Positions 1 to 13,150 of a stretch of DNA of 64,000 nt are shown one piece after another (within the stretch, counting starts at the first letter, position 1; each line of letters begins with the position of its first letter). Position numbers and translations under genes: made by a program. The notes below the pieces were generated by a model that saw only the letters and a program-made list of their open reading frames with translations, was not told where the DNA came from and did no database searches. Origin of the DNA: Octopus vulgaris (Eukaryota); assembly GCA_951406725.2 (NCBI GenBank), contig OX597817.1:63922001-63986000 (forward strand), in the 5' to 3' direction.

Positions 1-566
1 ACAGTTCATGTAATCTACTAAAAGCTCGCCCTTTCACAACGTTTCAGTTTTTCATTTTTACATTTTTCATTTTTCATTTTTTATTTTTCATTTTTTTTTT
101 TTTTCAATTTTCATTTATCGTTTTTAGTTTCTCGATCGCTAATTGCTAACTTCTCAATTGACTCGTTCTTCTACCTGTTTATTTCTCCTGTCATGTTCGC
201 AAGTGCCTTGACCCATACTAACTTCCCTTAACTTAGCGTCCTTGTTTCATTTTGATACTACACTTCACTTTCCCCTTTCACCTTCCCAACCTAAGGTCGA
301 GTATTGGGTTGACAGATTAGGGACTTTCCTTCTACGCATGTAACTCTTATTTTCTTGAAATTATCTCACCTCTTATGCGGGTTTTTTATCTCTATGCAAA
401 AGATAAATCTTAATTAGGAAATTTTGCATACATTTAGTACATCTTCCTTTAATTTTTCTATAGATAGATTATTTAGTTTATATACTTTTACGGAACTAAA
501 TTTTAATGTAAATGGCGGAAGTCAGAGGAAATGTTGAAAAATCACTCTTGTTGGCAGGAGGTTTAT

Positions 567-589
567 CGTTGTTGTTTTTGTTGTTGTTG

Positions 590-625
<36 letters not shown>

Positions 626-695
626 TCGTCGTTGTTGTTGTTGTTGTTCTTATTCTTGTTCTTGTTGTTGTTGTTGTGGTGGTGGTGGTGGTTGT
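567..695. repeat. Compound trinucleotide microsatellite (TTG/CTG/TCG/TGG)
   Basis: Direct reading; source of the spurious poly-L/N/C ORFs at 496-826. Confidence 0.95.
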
Positions 696-818
696 TTAAC
701 TCAAAACACTGCCGAAATACTTCCATAATTTTTTTTCACAGACTTCTTAATTGTACTGGAATGGAGCTTGATTTATATGATTTGGTAATACTTCCCATGT
801 TGTTATTAATTTCAGGCG

Positions 819-1036
819 TAAGGTAGCGAACAGACACAAACATTAGCGCTCCCAACCAAATGCTTAACGGTATTTCTTTCCCCGCGTTACGTTCTAATTC
901 AAATTCTGCCGAGGTCAATTTTGCCTTTCATTGTTGCAGGGATCGATATAAAAAAAAAAGTAAAAACTGACCACTGGGGTCGAGGTAGTGACTGATGCCC
1001 TTCCCCTAAAAATTGCTTGCCTTGTGTCAAAATTAT
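819..1036 (+). mobile_element. Degenerate tRNA-derived SINE, Nin/Deu-domain-like family
   Basis: gttctaattcaaattctgccgaggtcaattttgcctttcat...gatcgata matches better copies at 2022-2242 and 61602-62004. Confidence 0.75.
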
Positions 1037-1802
1037 TGATTTCAGTCGTGATCATAAAAGCGAAATTCAACTTCGTGAAAATTATTTCTTTCACAATCCT
1101 GTCACAACAGCAGTCAGTTTAATGGGTGTTTTTGTTAATTACAACAGATAAAAAACAATGTTGTGTTAGGTTCACATAATTATAAAGAAAATTTTTCAAA
1201 CTATATATATATATAACAATATGTCTATTTAAGCTATTTTCTATGTTTTCACTCCCATATTCTCTTTTACTGTGCCTAGGGAGAGTCATTATGCCACTTT
1301 TATTAACACACGCACTGGTTCAATTCTATTCCTTTATTATTGGTCAAATGGTTTAAATATCCAACTAACTAATAGATTGTTTATCTAATTTAGTTAAACA
1401 GTAAATAATTTGTTTTGTCTTTGTTTGTCAAAGCTGTTTCGTTGCGACTTGCAATCTTTTCAATGACTTTCTCTTTTGTATTATCTCGCCCTCATTCACT
1501 CATATCCTCTCACTTTCACGTTATTTCTTACGATTTTTCTCTTTTCGTATTTTAATTCTATTTCATTTATTCATTATCATTCTCACTCTCTCAACTCTCT
1601 CTCTCTCTCTCTCAAACGCGTGCACACACACACACTCACGCGCGCGCGCATGTGGAGGGGGGGTGAGAGAGAAAATAAAATTATAAGGGGATAAGAAATT
1701 ATATCATGAACTTCATTAGCTTACAGCTGTTTCAGCTATAAGGTTTAATGCAAAAATAGTTGAGTGCTTGTGTACAAGCCTGTAGCTTCACTGAAGATTT
1801 AA

Positions 1803-1847
<45 letters not shown>

Positions 1848-2021
1848 TGTGTGTGTGTGTAGCATACACCTAACTCTATAAGTATGTGCATGCATGTAGG
1901 TAAAAGCATATATCTATATACAGCTATAAGCTAAACTTGTGAGTGTAAACAAACATTTTTCAAACATTTGCAGTAAAGCACTCTTGTGAGAGAGTTATTT
2001 GATATGGACAAGCGAAAGTTG

Positions 2022-2242
2022 CACACAAGGGGCTAAACATAGAGGGGAAGAAACAAGGACAGACAAACGGATTAAATCGATTACATCGACCTCAGTACGT
2101 AACTAGTACTTAATTTATCGACCCCGAAAGGATGAAAGGCAAAGTCGACCTCGGCGGAATTTGAACTCAGAACGTAACGACAGGCGAAATACTGCTAAGC
2201 TTTTCACCCGATGTGCTAACGTTTCTGCCAGCTCGCTGCCTT
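2022..2242 (-). mobile_element. tRNA-derived SINE with Nin/Deu-like central domain
   Basis: Minus strand: aaggcagcgagctggcagaaacgttagc head, B-box-like gagttcaaattcc, then gcctttcatcctttcggggtcgataaattaagtac (Nin-like domain); several copies in window. Confidence 0.85.
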
Positions 2243-2757
2243 CTTATATATTTATTTCTTATATATACGTGTATATATTTCTTTAATACTCGCTACCAGA
2301 GTCTCTGACGGGCAAGGTTGAACATGTATCTCTACCTAAATGTGCAAGCTTGGACAAATATTTCGTGGGAGACAGTTTGAGATGCCTCCAACTCTTCAGT
2401 TTCCACTGACGTTGAAATCCATATCTCATCAGTAAGGAAAGATCTGCCAAAGATACCGCAAAGCAAATATAAATATAGGTGCAACGTCGATTGTCCAGAA
2501 CATTTCATTCCAAAGTATTTCCGGATTAATGATTTTTCAGAAGCAGAGGTAGTCACCTCTAAATTAAGCAGATATTAAATGAAATACAGGCGCTTTTATT
2601 TTAGAATAAGGGATACAAGTTAATTAATACTACACTATACAAGGTAATGTGGTACACTGCAAGAAAATTTACAGTCCTTGCACATAAATTAGTGTGGATT
2701 TAAGAGGTGTCCAGAAGGTCATAGTTGTACAGGTCTATATATATATAGAGATATATA

Positions 2758-3163
2758 TACTCTTACTCTTTACCCTTTTACATGTTTCAGTCATTTGACT
2801 GCGGCCATGCTGGAGCACCGCCTTTAGTCGAGCAAATCGACCCCGGGACTTATTCTTTGTAAGCCCAGTGCTTATTCTATCGGTCTCTTTTGTCGAACCG
2901 CTAAGTGACGGGGACGTAAACACACCAGCATCGGTTGTCAAGCAATGCTAGGGGTACAAACACAGACACACAAACACACACACATACATACATATACATA
3001 TATATACATATATACGACAGGCTTCTTTCAGTTTCCGTCTACCAAATCCATTCACAAGGCATTGGTCGGCCCGGGGCTATAGCAGAAGACACTTGCCCAA
3101 GATGCCACGCAGTGGGACTGAGCCCGGAACCATGTGGTTGGTTAGCAAGCTACTCCTGCGCCT
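2758..3163 (-). mobile_element. tRNA-derived CORE-like SINE (family A), young copy with internal TA/TG tract
   Basis: Minus strand: B-box-like ggctcagtccc, CORE-like cttgggcaagtgtcttc, tail gcggtgctccagcatggccgcagtcaaatgactgaaaca plus short tandem repeat; near-identical to 51854-52296. Confidence 0.9.
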
Positions 3164-3180
3164 ATATATATATTTACATA

Positions 3181-3265
<85 letters not shown>

Positions 3266-3407
3266 GTGTATATTTAAACACAAAAGAAAACTACATTTAA
3301 CAGGTAATTTTACACGCTAGAAGAAGCAGTCAAAACGACCAAAACCACATTTAATAGCAATTTTCGAAGGGAATGAAAAATAAAAACTTTTACCTTGTTA
3401 TTTTTTG

Positions 3408-3478
3408 CGGTTATACCTAGATTTCAAATTTCTTTAGTAAATAAGATAATTTGCTAGGAGAATTCTCATCAGTAACCG
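3408..3478 (-). ncRNA. Type I hammerhead ribozyme fold, intact core
   Basis: Minus: cggtta-CTGATGA-long imperfect stem II-GAAA-tctagg-TA-taaccg; perfect 6-bp stem I, near-palindromic stem III, GUA site. Confidence 0.75.
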
Positions 3479-3965
3479 TGCATGTTGCTGAAAGACGTGA
3501 AATGTTACTTTTTTTACGCTGTATCTCGGAGTAGGTACAATATATATATAAACTTAGATAAACTTAGATATGTTTCGACCAAAGATTGGTCCAGGCCATG
3601 TCAAACTTAATAGCACCACCTGATAGGATTTGTCAAATCCTTTTTAAGTAAAGTTTTGTGACATCATGGTCTATTCGAGTAGGGAGTTCTTGTTGAGTGA
3701 GTTGTATGCACGTATAGGTGGCTTATCTAGTATTCCTTGAAGAAATTTGTCCAAATTCCTTTTAAAGGTAATGGGATCCTTTTCCTCTTTGATCTGTTTC
3801 GGGAGAATGTTAAATAAGGAAGGGCCTGTCGAGGGAAAGAAATTGGGTTGCAGTGCATTGATGTGTTGTGATCCTGAATTGGATGTTTATATATATCAAA
3901 GTTTCTAAATTTTTGTTACGTGTGTGTGCCCGCGCATCTGTTTATGTATGTGAATGTGTATATAT

Positions 3966-4199
3966 TCTTTTATTTTTTTATGTTTCAGTCATTTGACTGC
4001 GGTCATGCTGGAGCGCCGCCTTTAGTCGAATAAATTGATTTCAAGCCTTATTCTTTGCAAGCCTAGTACTTATTCTATCAGTGTCTTTTGCCGAACCGCT
4101 ACAATACGATGACGTGAACACACCAACATCGATTGTCAAGCGATGGAGAGGGAGAAACACAAACACACAAATACATATACACACGCATATATATACATG

Positions 4200-4252
<53 letters not shown>

Positions 4253-4289
4253 ATACATATATATATATTAACATACATATATATACATG

Positions 4290-4366
<77 letters not shown>

Positions 4367-4465
4367 GACGGACTTCTTTCAGTTTCCGTCTACCAAATCC
4401 AATCGCAAGGCTATTGTAGAAGACACTTGATCTGGGTTGGGGAGCAAGTTTCTTACCCCTACGCC

Positions 4466-4467
<2 letters not shown>
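3966..4467 (-). mobile_element. CORE-like SINE family A, older copy with expanded internal (TA)n
   Basis: Collinear similarity to 2758-3163. Confidence 0.8.
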
Positions 4468-4506
<39 letters not shown>

Positions 4507-4592
4507 CTGTATGAAAATTATTCACAAACGCATAAGCACGTAGTATATATATGGTCGTGAATGTAAACACAACACCCCCAATATACACACAC

Positions 4593-4634
<42 letters not shown>

Positions 4635-4944
4635 CACACACACACATACACACACACGCACTTGCACACGTGCACACGTGCACGTAAAGAAAAACAAGGA
4701 AAAAAAAACCATAAACCAAAATTCAAAACAAGAACAAAGAGCAAAAGTAAATATTCAATGTAATTACATTGCTTTTCTTTCTTCGCAGTTAATTATAATG
4801 ACTTTGTACTTTTGTTTACTGGTGATGCTTTTGTGAGAAGCGGTGAAAGAAAAGGTTGCTCTGGGGAATTCTTTTTCGCTTTTCTTCCTCGTGAGGACTT
4901 GGATATTCTATTACCAAACTGATGCCCACTGTTCAGATTACCAA

Positions 4945-4981
<37 letters not shown>

Positions 4982-5138
4982 TTCTCTTTTTTCTCTTTTT
5001 ACTTGTTTCAGTCATTTTGACTGCGGCCATGCTGGAGCACCGCCTTTAATCGAGCAACTCGACCCCGGGACTTATTCTTTGTAAGCCCAGTACTTATTCC
5101 ATCGGTCTCTTTTGCCGAACCGCTAAGTGACGGGGACT
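4982..5138 (-). mobile_element. CORE-like SINE family A, 3' fragment
   Basis: Matches tail of 2758-3163 and 51854-52296. Confidence 0.85.
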
Positions 5139-5168
5139 TATATATACTTGTGTGTTTGTGTATACTTT

Positions 5169-5251
<83 letters not shown>

Positions 5252-5302
5252 ATGTATGTATGTATGTATGTATGTATGTATGTATGTATGTATGTATATA
5301 TA

Positions 5303-5536
5303 TGTCCCTTCCGGTCATTCAAAATGTGACCGCGTGTGTATCGTTGGCGATTTTTTCCTCCGTCTTCCCTTCCTTGGATCTTTCCTTTCCCTATGTTTCT
5401 GACGAAGAGCTCCGCTCGAAACGTTAAAATCCTCCTTCTTTCCTTCCTTTCCTGGGCGTCCAATAACACTATACTTGTTCCACGTCCTCGCGTTGTTGTG
5501 TTTTCTCTTTGTGTTTTCATGTTTGGATTAACTTTA
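5303..5536 (+). mobile_element. Short non-coding repeat carrying a minimal hammerhead (Penelope-like terminal repeat candidate)
   Basis: ttt-CTGACGA-a-gagc-tcc-gctc-GAAA-cgtt-aaaa at 5396-5429; the 3' part recurs at 13678-13782. Confidence 0.65.
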
Positions 5537-5659
5537 TGTACATACATATCTATACACACTCACATATTATATACATGCGCGTACGCACATACACACACAA
5601 AAGCGCGCGCGCGCACTTCTCCCTAGCGATTCTGATAGTTCTGCCGCCTTTTTTGGAGA

Positions 5660-5783
5660 GGTGCGCGAAACGTGAAATGAAGTATTTTGCTCAAGAAAGT
5701 AACATATCGACCAGTCAGAGAATCGAACCCATCACCTGACGACCATATGACCAACTGCCACAACCAGTAGGCTGCGGGCTTAC
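5660..5783 (-). mobile_element. Degenerate tRNA-headed CORE-like SINE family B fragment
   Basis: Minus: ggttcgattc B box followed by ttcttgagcaaaatacttcatttcacgtt, as in 13894-14232. Confidence 0.6.
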
Positions 5784-6102
5784 ATTTCTATTATTCTATG
5801 TACGTGTACACACTGAACATATGTGAATACAGATTCGCAGTATGCATCTTTTTTTTTCCGTCAAAAGTTTTATTTTTATCTATTTTAATCTTTTGTACAC
5901 CTTGTCATTTCTGTTCTATCCCAAAGCATGTTCACGAATCCTGCCTTGCTCTGCCGTTGGAAGCGCTTCTTAACAAGTTACTTGATACTTACCATTATTT
6001 TTCTTCCTTTGCTAAAGTTGTTCAGCATTTTATTCGTTTATATATTTATTTAATTTTTTTACTCTTATTTTCTTAAGATTCATTCTCTCTCGCCCTCCCT
6101 CC

Positions 6103-6153
<51 letters not shown>

Positions 6154-6238
6154 CTATCTCGCTCGCTCTCTCACCTTCACACAGTATATATATATACATA
6201 TACATATGTATGTATGTATATATATATATGTAAGCATG

Positions 6239-6473
<235 letters not shown>

Positions 6474-6692
6474 TACCAGTTACAACTCTTTTTCTAACGT
6501 ATGTCACTCCTATTTTTTTTTCGGGATTTTCTTTTCGTCTTTCGTTATTTCTTGATGTTATGAACAATTAGTAGAAATGAGAGAGAGGGAGAAAAAAAAA
6601 GCCAATTTAACCGTAATTCATTTCTTAAAAATTCATCGACCATGAAACCACTGATATGAAATTATTTTTAAATAACTCTAAGAAGGAAGAGG

Positions 6693-6804
6693 TGAAGAAG
6701 AAGAAGAAGAAGAAGAAGAAGAAGAAGAAGAAGAAGAAGAAGAAGAAGAAGAAGAAGAAGAAGAAGAAGGAAAGAAGGAGGAGGAGGAGGGGGAGGAGGA
6801 GGAG
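6693..6804. repeat. (GAA)n followed by (GGA)n
   Basis: Direct reading. Confidence 0.95.
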
Positions 6805-6959
6805 TGAGCCCTCTACTTTCACGATTCTCCGCTCATATCCTCAACACCACCACAACCATCGCCACATTATGTCACTTAAACACTCCGTTCTTCTTAGCTA
6901 TATAAAAGGAATGCTGGTCAATGATATTGGAAATATATCTGAAAAGAATGTGTGGTCAT

Positions 6960-7140
6960 GATGAGATCTGTAACCAAAGATGTTCTCTTGTGACCATCCC
7001 GTCTTTTTGCAGAAAGGAGTATCCAGAACTACATTATCTAATGTGTTCGTCCTCTCTTTTCAAGATAGTGAAGTGGTACGTAAGATAGGTTTGACTGATG
7101 TTTCTTGCAGATCGAGTGGCTACATAGAGACTCTCTAACT
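6960..7140 (+). repeat. Old dispersed ~200-bp repeat family (representative copy)
   Basis: Motifs like gtgaccatccc, tacattatc(t/c)aatgtg and tttg(a/g)ctgctatttctagcag recur near 8755-8965(-), 10360-10475, 11860-12070(-), 26930-27290 (two), 29270-29345(-), 30985-31150(-), 43995-44170, 44310-44465. Confidence 0.6.
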
Positions 7141-7246
7141 GACTTGTTATTATCTACCTTATGAGATTCTCGTTAATGGACGTCAACAAAATTCTCAATA
7201 ACAAAAGACTAAATGAAGCAATTGATTAAACACGACATCCTATTAA

Positions 7247-7446
7247 CATTGGTTTCAAATTTTGGCACAATGCCAGCAATTTCAGGGTACAGAGTAAGTT
7301 GATTACATCAATCCTAGTGCTTGACTATTATTTATTTTATCGGCCCCGAAAGAATGAAAGGCAAAGCCGACTCGGGCAGAATTTGAACTCAGAACGTAAA
7401 GACGGACGAAATGCCGCTGAGAATGATTCTGCCAGCTCGCCGCCTT
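7247..7446 (-). mobile_element. Nin/Deu-like SINE
   Basis: Similarity to 2022-2242, with a deletion in the head. Confidence 0.8.
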
Positions 7447-7721
7447 CGACCTCCTGTGTAACAATAACACCGATACAGATATATGTGCAGGACTCTAATG
7501 TCACACTTGTATCGATCTTTTATCAGGACTGAAGTAGTTACTGGCCTCAAAGAAGGCGACTTGAATTTACAATGCAGTTTTGGCAATGTTATATATGTGA
7601 TGTCATAATGAAAAATTACAAAAACTAGCATTTGCAGTGAATTTGAATTCCTTAATTCTCCATTGCTCGTGTGTAGAGATAATGTAGTCCAAGATTGGTT
7701 ACTTGTTTCCTTCTGATAATA

Positions 7722-7934
7722 TACGAAGGAGTGCTGAAAAGTTCTTGGCTTTGGGTAAAAGAAAATACAAGAGGATAAGTTAATTATGATTTTATTAAAC
7801 ATATTTCCTTCTCAGATTCACACATTGTAACGGTTCTTCAGTTTTTCTAAGCCCTGTAAAAAAAACTCGGAAAGTTGGGCCTCCAACCGGGCCTTACGCG
7901 AGACCCTTAAAGCCACCTTCAGCATACCCTCGTA
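7722..7934. mobile_element. Mariner-type MITE
   Basis: TA-flanked imperfect TIRs tacgaaggagtgctgaa / ttcagcataccctcgta; second copy in opposite orientation at 62343-62560. Confidence 0.8.
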
Positions 7935-9342
7935 TACAGTAATTAGGTTTCACAACTTTTGAGTAATAATGCCACCCCACTCCAGTTAAGGATATTTTTC
8001 AAAGTATCTGTTCATGAAATCAATGTATGTTTGACTCGAGATGTTTATGTTGCATTTTGATGACGCCTGTGTTTGAAATACAGATACTGCGTAGTCGAAT
8101 GATTAGAAGTTCGCGAAATCTTGGGTTCGATCCTACTGTTTGGCCTCTCAGGCGAGTTTCGTTTACCATAGCCTCGGACCAACCCAAATCTTGTGTGTGT
8201 GTGAAACTGAGTAGATAAAAAGTGTGCAAAAGCCTGTCGGTTGGATTATATAAGTAATTCAAAGATCCAATTTTATTACATAGTGTCACATTGATTCTTC
8301 CTTTGAGTTACTTTAAATATACGCATGTCTGTGTAATACTCAGTCACTTTCAAACCAATTCGGTGAGCATATAGTTCAGTTGATCTCACAACTAACAGTG
8401 ATACTGTCAGAATAAGAGTGCTTGGTCAAGGCTGATTTGGAGTTAAATTTCAGCAACAGCAGTACATATTTTGTTAAATATGGTGAAATATAACAAATTT
8501 GCTAAACGTGTGATTTGAACTCCTAAATGAAAACAACCTGTTTAGCCCCACCCTCTATCTTCTACGTCATCACCGACACCCACTTTGAATTTTTTTAACA
8601 CAACATCTGCTTATGCAATATATGAATTGGTGGTTAAACAAGCCGAAACAATATTTTAAACTGCAAGACTATATACTAATTCTCTGGTGGTTGGCAGGGT
8701 TAGGGCGATATTTCTATTTTACTCTATTTCTAATCTGGATTCAAGTTAATGAACCGGCTTCTAATGGCTGCTCGATCTGGTATAAATAGCAGCCAAATTC
8801 TTATGAATTCACAAACTGCTTTCTTTAAAACAAAACAAAAAGGAAATGAAGACAACCTATTGAACAAGCTACTTTGAGTTCAACTACGTCTGAAACAAAA
8901 TGGGATGGTCACGACTGGAAAGGCCTTTGTTCAGAAGCCTGCTCAGTTAGAGTTAGCCTGGATGTAACGTTCTCTCTAAATGTTCCCTCCCACTGAACGA
9001 AACTGATACTTTGAGTAAAAATATTTTAAGTTCAAAGCTAATGTGCGCAATTTAAACTTTAGTGCAGTTTACCAAGCACACTTTGATAAATTAAAATGAG
9101 CGATAACCTTTTGCTGTACGCGGTACGAATACAGCAACTATCGTGGTCGTGCACCCGCGCAGCTTTAGACGGATCTTTCTCAAGAAGTTAAACAATAACG
9201 GCAACAACAACGACATCTAAAATGGTAGCTTGTAATTTACATCGAATACTTCCGACATTTTATGTCACGTATTTTAGCTCGACAAACCATACCTAATTTG
9301 ATTCACCACTAAAAATAAGTGTATATGCAGGCGAATGTGTGT

Positions 9343-9420
<78 letters not shown>

Positions 9421-10037
9421 TGTGTGAGTATGCATGCACGGGTGCAAACAAACTGCTTGTTTTTAATGTCTGTTACTTTGTTTTTAACTTTACATGGGAA
9501 AATCTAAACGAGAAAACCAGTTACTATTTATCGCCTACCATACTGCCGGAAATCAAACTACCAATACGTACGAGATCTAAATTTCTTCATTTATTTATTT
9601 TTCTTTAGTAATTTATATTCCACAGAAAACGAAAACATTTTGAAATAAACTATTCATAACCAGCTTCCATAGTTTTTGAAATTTTCATAACAATATAACG
9701 ATAAAGTATTATTTAAATGTGATAACATTTTATTCAATTTCAAACTAGTACAGTAATAACTGTCATAATAAAACAAAATCTTTCAAATGATTGCTAATTG
9801 TCGTTCTGCCACAAGTCAGCTCTGACCGACTCTTAACCAGCCCTGATCGAGCTCTGATTTATGGGCTATAACCGTGATCTATACCCATGACCGGCCCTGA
9901 TCGATCGATAATCCATGACCAAGGATCAGGACCGGTAACCTATAATCAGCCTTAGTTGATCTATGATCTATAGCCTACATTTAAATGTAGTCCAGTCGTA
10001 ATTTTTGCATCTTCTGTCTACGTATTGTTCATACATT

Positions 10038-10362
10038 AGGCGCAGGCATGACTGGTTGGTAAAAAGTTTGCTCCCCAACCTCATGGTTCCGTGTTCAGTC
10101 CCACTACATGGCACCCTGGCCAAGGGTCTTCTAGTATAGCCCCGGGCTGACCAAATTGGTAGAAGGAAACTGAAAGATGTGTGTGTGTGTGTCCCATTAC
10201 TGATTAACAACCAGTGCTGGTTTGTTTACGTCCCCGTAACTTAGCGGTTCGACAATAAGCTTACAAAATAAATGCTAGGGTCGATTCGTTCGACTACAAT
10301 CCTTCAAGGCGGTGTACCAGCATGGCCGCAGTCTAATGATTGAAATAAAAGAAACATAAAAG
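10038..10362 (+). mobile_element. CORE-like SINE family A
   Basis: aggcgcaggcatgactggttggtaa head through ccagcatggccgcagtctaatgattgaaa tail. Confidence 0.8.
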
Positions 10363-12942
10363 AGGTCATTCCAGCCTAAATTATCAAATATTTTCTTTTT
10401 TAGAACAGCAGAGGTATGATTTGAGGAATATCTAACTGCTATTTTCACCAAGTCGAATGACCACTCCGGAGCTCATATTTTCAGGTAGTTGCCCTTATCC
10501 AGTATCCAGTAGTACTTGCCCTTACTCTGCTACTTAAATAGTTTTAATGATTTCTTAATCGAATCATCGTACCACCATTTGGTAAAGAGCTTGTCACATA
10601 ATATTAGAAGGTATTGTATGGTAGAAACATTAGAATAGTTGGATAAATATTTGTTAGTGATGGTGGTAGGGAGGGGTTGTGCTCAAAATCTTCGTAAATA
10701 TTCTGAGATGGAAGAGAGTGGTGCAACTTATGTTCCACATAAACATCCTTACGATAATTATTTACGCTGAGAGTCTTTTGTTCTAGGTTCAAATCTTGCC
10801 GTGATCGACTTCGTTGTTTATCCTTCAGAGATCGATAAAATGACTGCCATTCAAGTAAGAAATAGCATATGCCTCTCGTTTTCGACAAAACGACAAAAAA
10901 AAGTATTTAACCAAGTCTGGTTTAAGCCATATTGTGTACACCTCACGCCTATCAAGAGATTTCTCTCGCCCTGATTTCCCAGTGCCTGATGAAATATTAG
11001 GTCTATACAACTACAAGAGACAACCGAATACGAGATTGTCGAATAAATTGGCTATTCTAGGCTCAAAAGTCATAATGGGTATCCGGTCTATTTTTAGGTT
11101 TGATGAATGGGCGTTGAGACCTATAATCGACGGTATCCCTACTCCTATCTCCCAAAATTTATGACGCGCTTATGTTAGAAACTACTTTTATAAGTAAACA
11201 ACTGACCGCTTCTCTCAATGATTCACAGTTGCATGCAAATATTTAAGTTTACCTACTTCAGGTGCCATCATCTTGGGAGCATTTGTATTTCAGTTAGTTC
11301 GCGATTTAACCCCTCTTTCAAATTATTCTGTAGCTGTGTAGGCAATGTTTTAACCACTTCAGTTTATGCTTACTATCAACACAATGACTTTTCGAGTGAA
11401 GTGATGTCACAAATGGGCTTAGACAGAGACATGTGGTTAATAATTCCGCTTCTGAACTACATAGTTTCAAGTTCAATCCCAGCATGCGGCATTTTGGGTG
11501 AGTATCTTCTTCCATAACATTAATTCGCGTGAAATATGGTAAAGGAAAGTTATCAGAGAGATCATTCCTATTCTCTTGTGAGTGGGGCGGATAGATTTTA
11601 TATGTCGCTGGGTTTAATGCTACCACTTATTATATCATGCTACCACTAAAGATAGCTATTAGCTATCTTTAGTAGGAGGTACTCTGGTTCAAGGATTTGG
11701 ACAAGGTTACCAGCTTGAGGATATATTCATCTCTACCTCCACCATTCCCGGAGACCCTGAAAAAGGTCACGGGGCTAGGAACTGCTCTTTCTCCTATGAT
11801 TAAGAAAAAAAATATGTCGTTAGGTACGACAGCTGAGTTCAAAGTATAAATGCTTAGAATCGAGCTCAAACCAAGACTGAGTGGGGCTAAACAAAATAAT
11901 AATGCCAGAGAAGGATCTTCTGTGTCATCACTCGACCTACCGTCTTAATAGGTGGGGGAGTATTTTGTAGTTCTAGATTCACTGTGACTGGAAAAATTCA
12001 CAGAATAGTCACAGCTGGAACGCTTTTGGTCATAGATCTGCTCAGTCAGGTTCGGACTGAGGCTAAAAAAATTTATGCCTCACCCCACCACCTTTTTATT
12101 TCTTGTATATTTAAAGATATGATCCAACGAAGGGATTATATATGGTCACATGAAAGTCATCAATTCACACCACGGTGATTTAAATAAAGGATATATTAGA
12201 CTTTAAACGAACTCCCTAATATATGAATTGTTATAATTCTAGCAGGAGATGTAACTTTGATCGTAGGTTTGCTCCATCAAGGCTGAAACAAGGCTAAACA
12301 ACAGATAAATAAATATGGTAGCTGCAAAACACGGGAGTTATTGAAATGATTAATTCTAGAAGAGATCATGTTGAGTTCGAGAAATCAATGTCTATTGTTC
12401 TTCTTTGCGAAGAGAATTAGATATTGAATTAGGATTCAGTATTTAATGCTGACTCTTGACAGAGCACTATGAAACAGATTTACACAAAATGTGGGTCCTA
12501 CCTTTCATGACAACAATGTTACTATAATGTCCAGTAGAATATGTCATAGATATTAGCTTACATTGTGTGTAGTAATCAAATATAAATATAGTGCTATTTT
12601 TATATTATCTTTGTTGACAGGAAAATAAGAAATCAACCATTCTAGTTTCAATCTTGTATCGGGATTTCATCTGTGACTGTGTACCCTCTTTAACTATTTC
12701 ATAGAGGTACTACTCATCACTTTATAAGTGATGGCTTACGTAAATTGGATAGATTGATCTGCATACGTTAATGCATTCTGACAGTTAGTTCAATTAATAT
12801 ATTAGAGGCTTGTTACGAGTATTGCTACAATTCAATGCTATACTAATGACCATATCTATACACTATAATCAACACTGTATAGACAGACAGATAGATAGAT
12901 GTCCATATATACAATATTGTCGTAGGCAGTAAAAGGGAGTTA

Positions 12943-12990
12943 TCAACCGGATTAACTTCAGTCCTTTGTTCGGATTTCATCAGCAATTGA
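12943..12990 (-). ncRNA. Type I hammerhead fold with one core substitution (GAAG)
   Basis: Minus: tcaattg-CTGATGA-aatcc-gaacaaa-ggact-GAAG-ttaa-TC-cggttga; 7-bp stem I with two G.U pairs. Confidence 0.6.
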
Positions 12991-12994
12991 GTCG

Positions 12995-13045
<51 letters not shown>

Positions 13046-13050
13046 ATTCA

Positions 13051-13150
<100 letters not shown>

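Noticed and set aside
3565-3690. Minus-strand ggtc-GAAACATATC as another hammerhead
   Set aside because: No recognisable CUGANGA core and weak stem I.
10520-11720. Microsatellite-free block that might be a very old L1-like remnant or host exons
   Set aside because: No convincing motif in any frame; needs a translated search.
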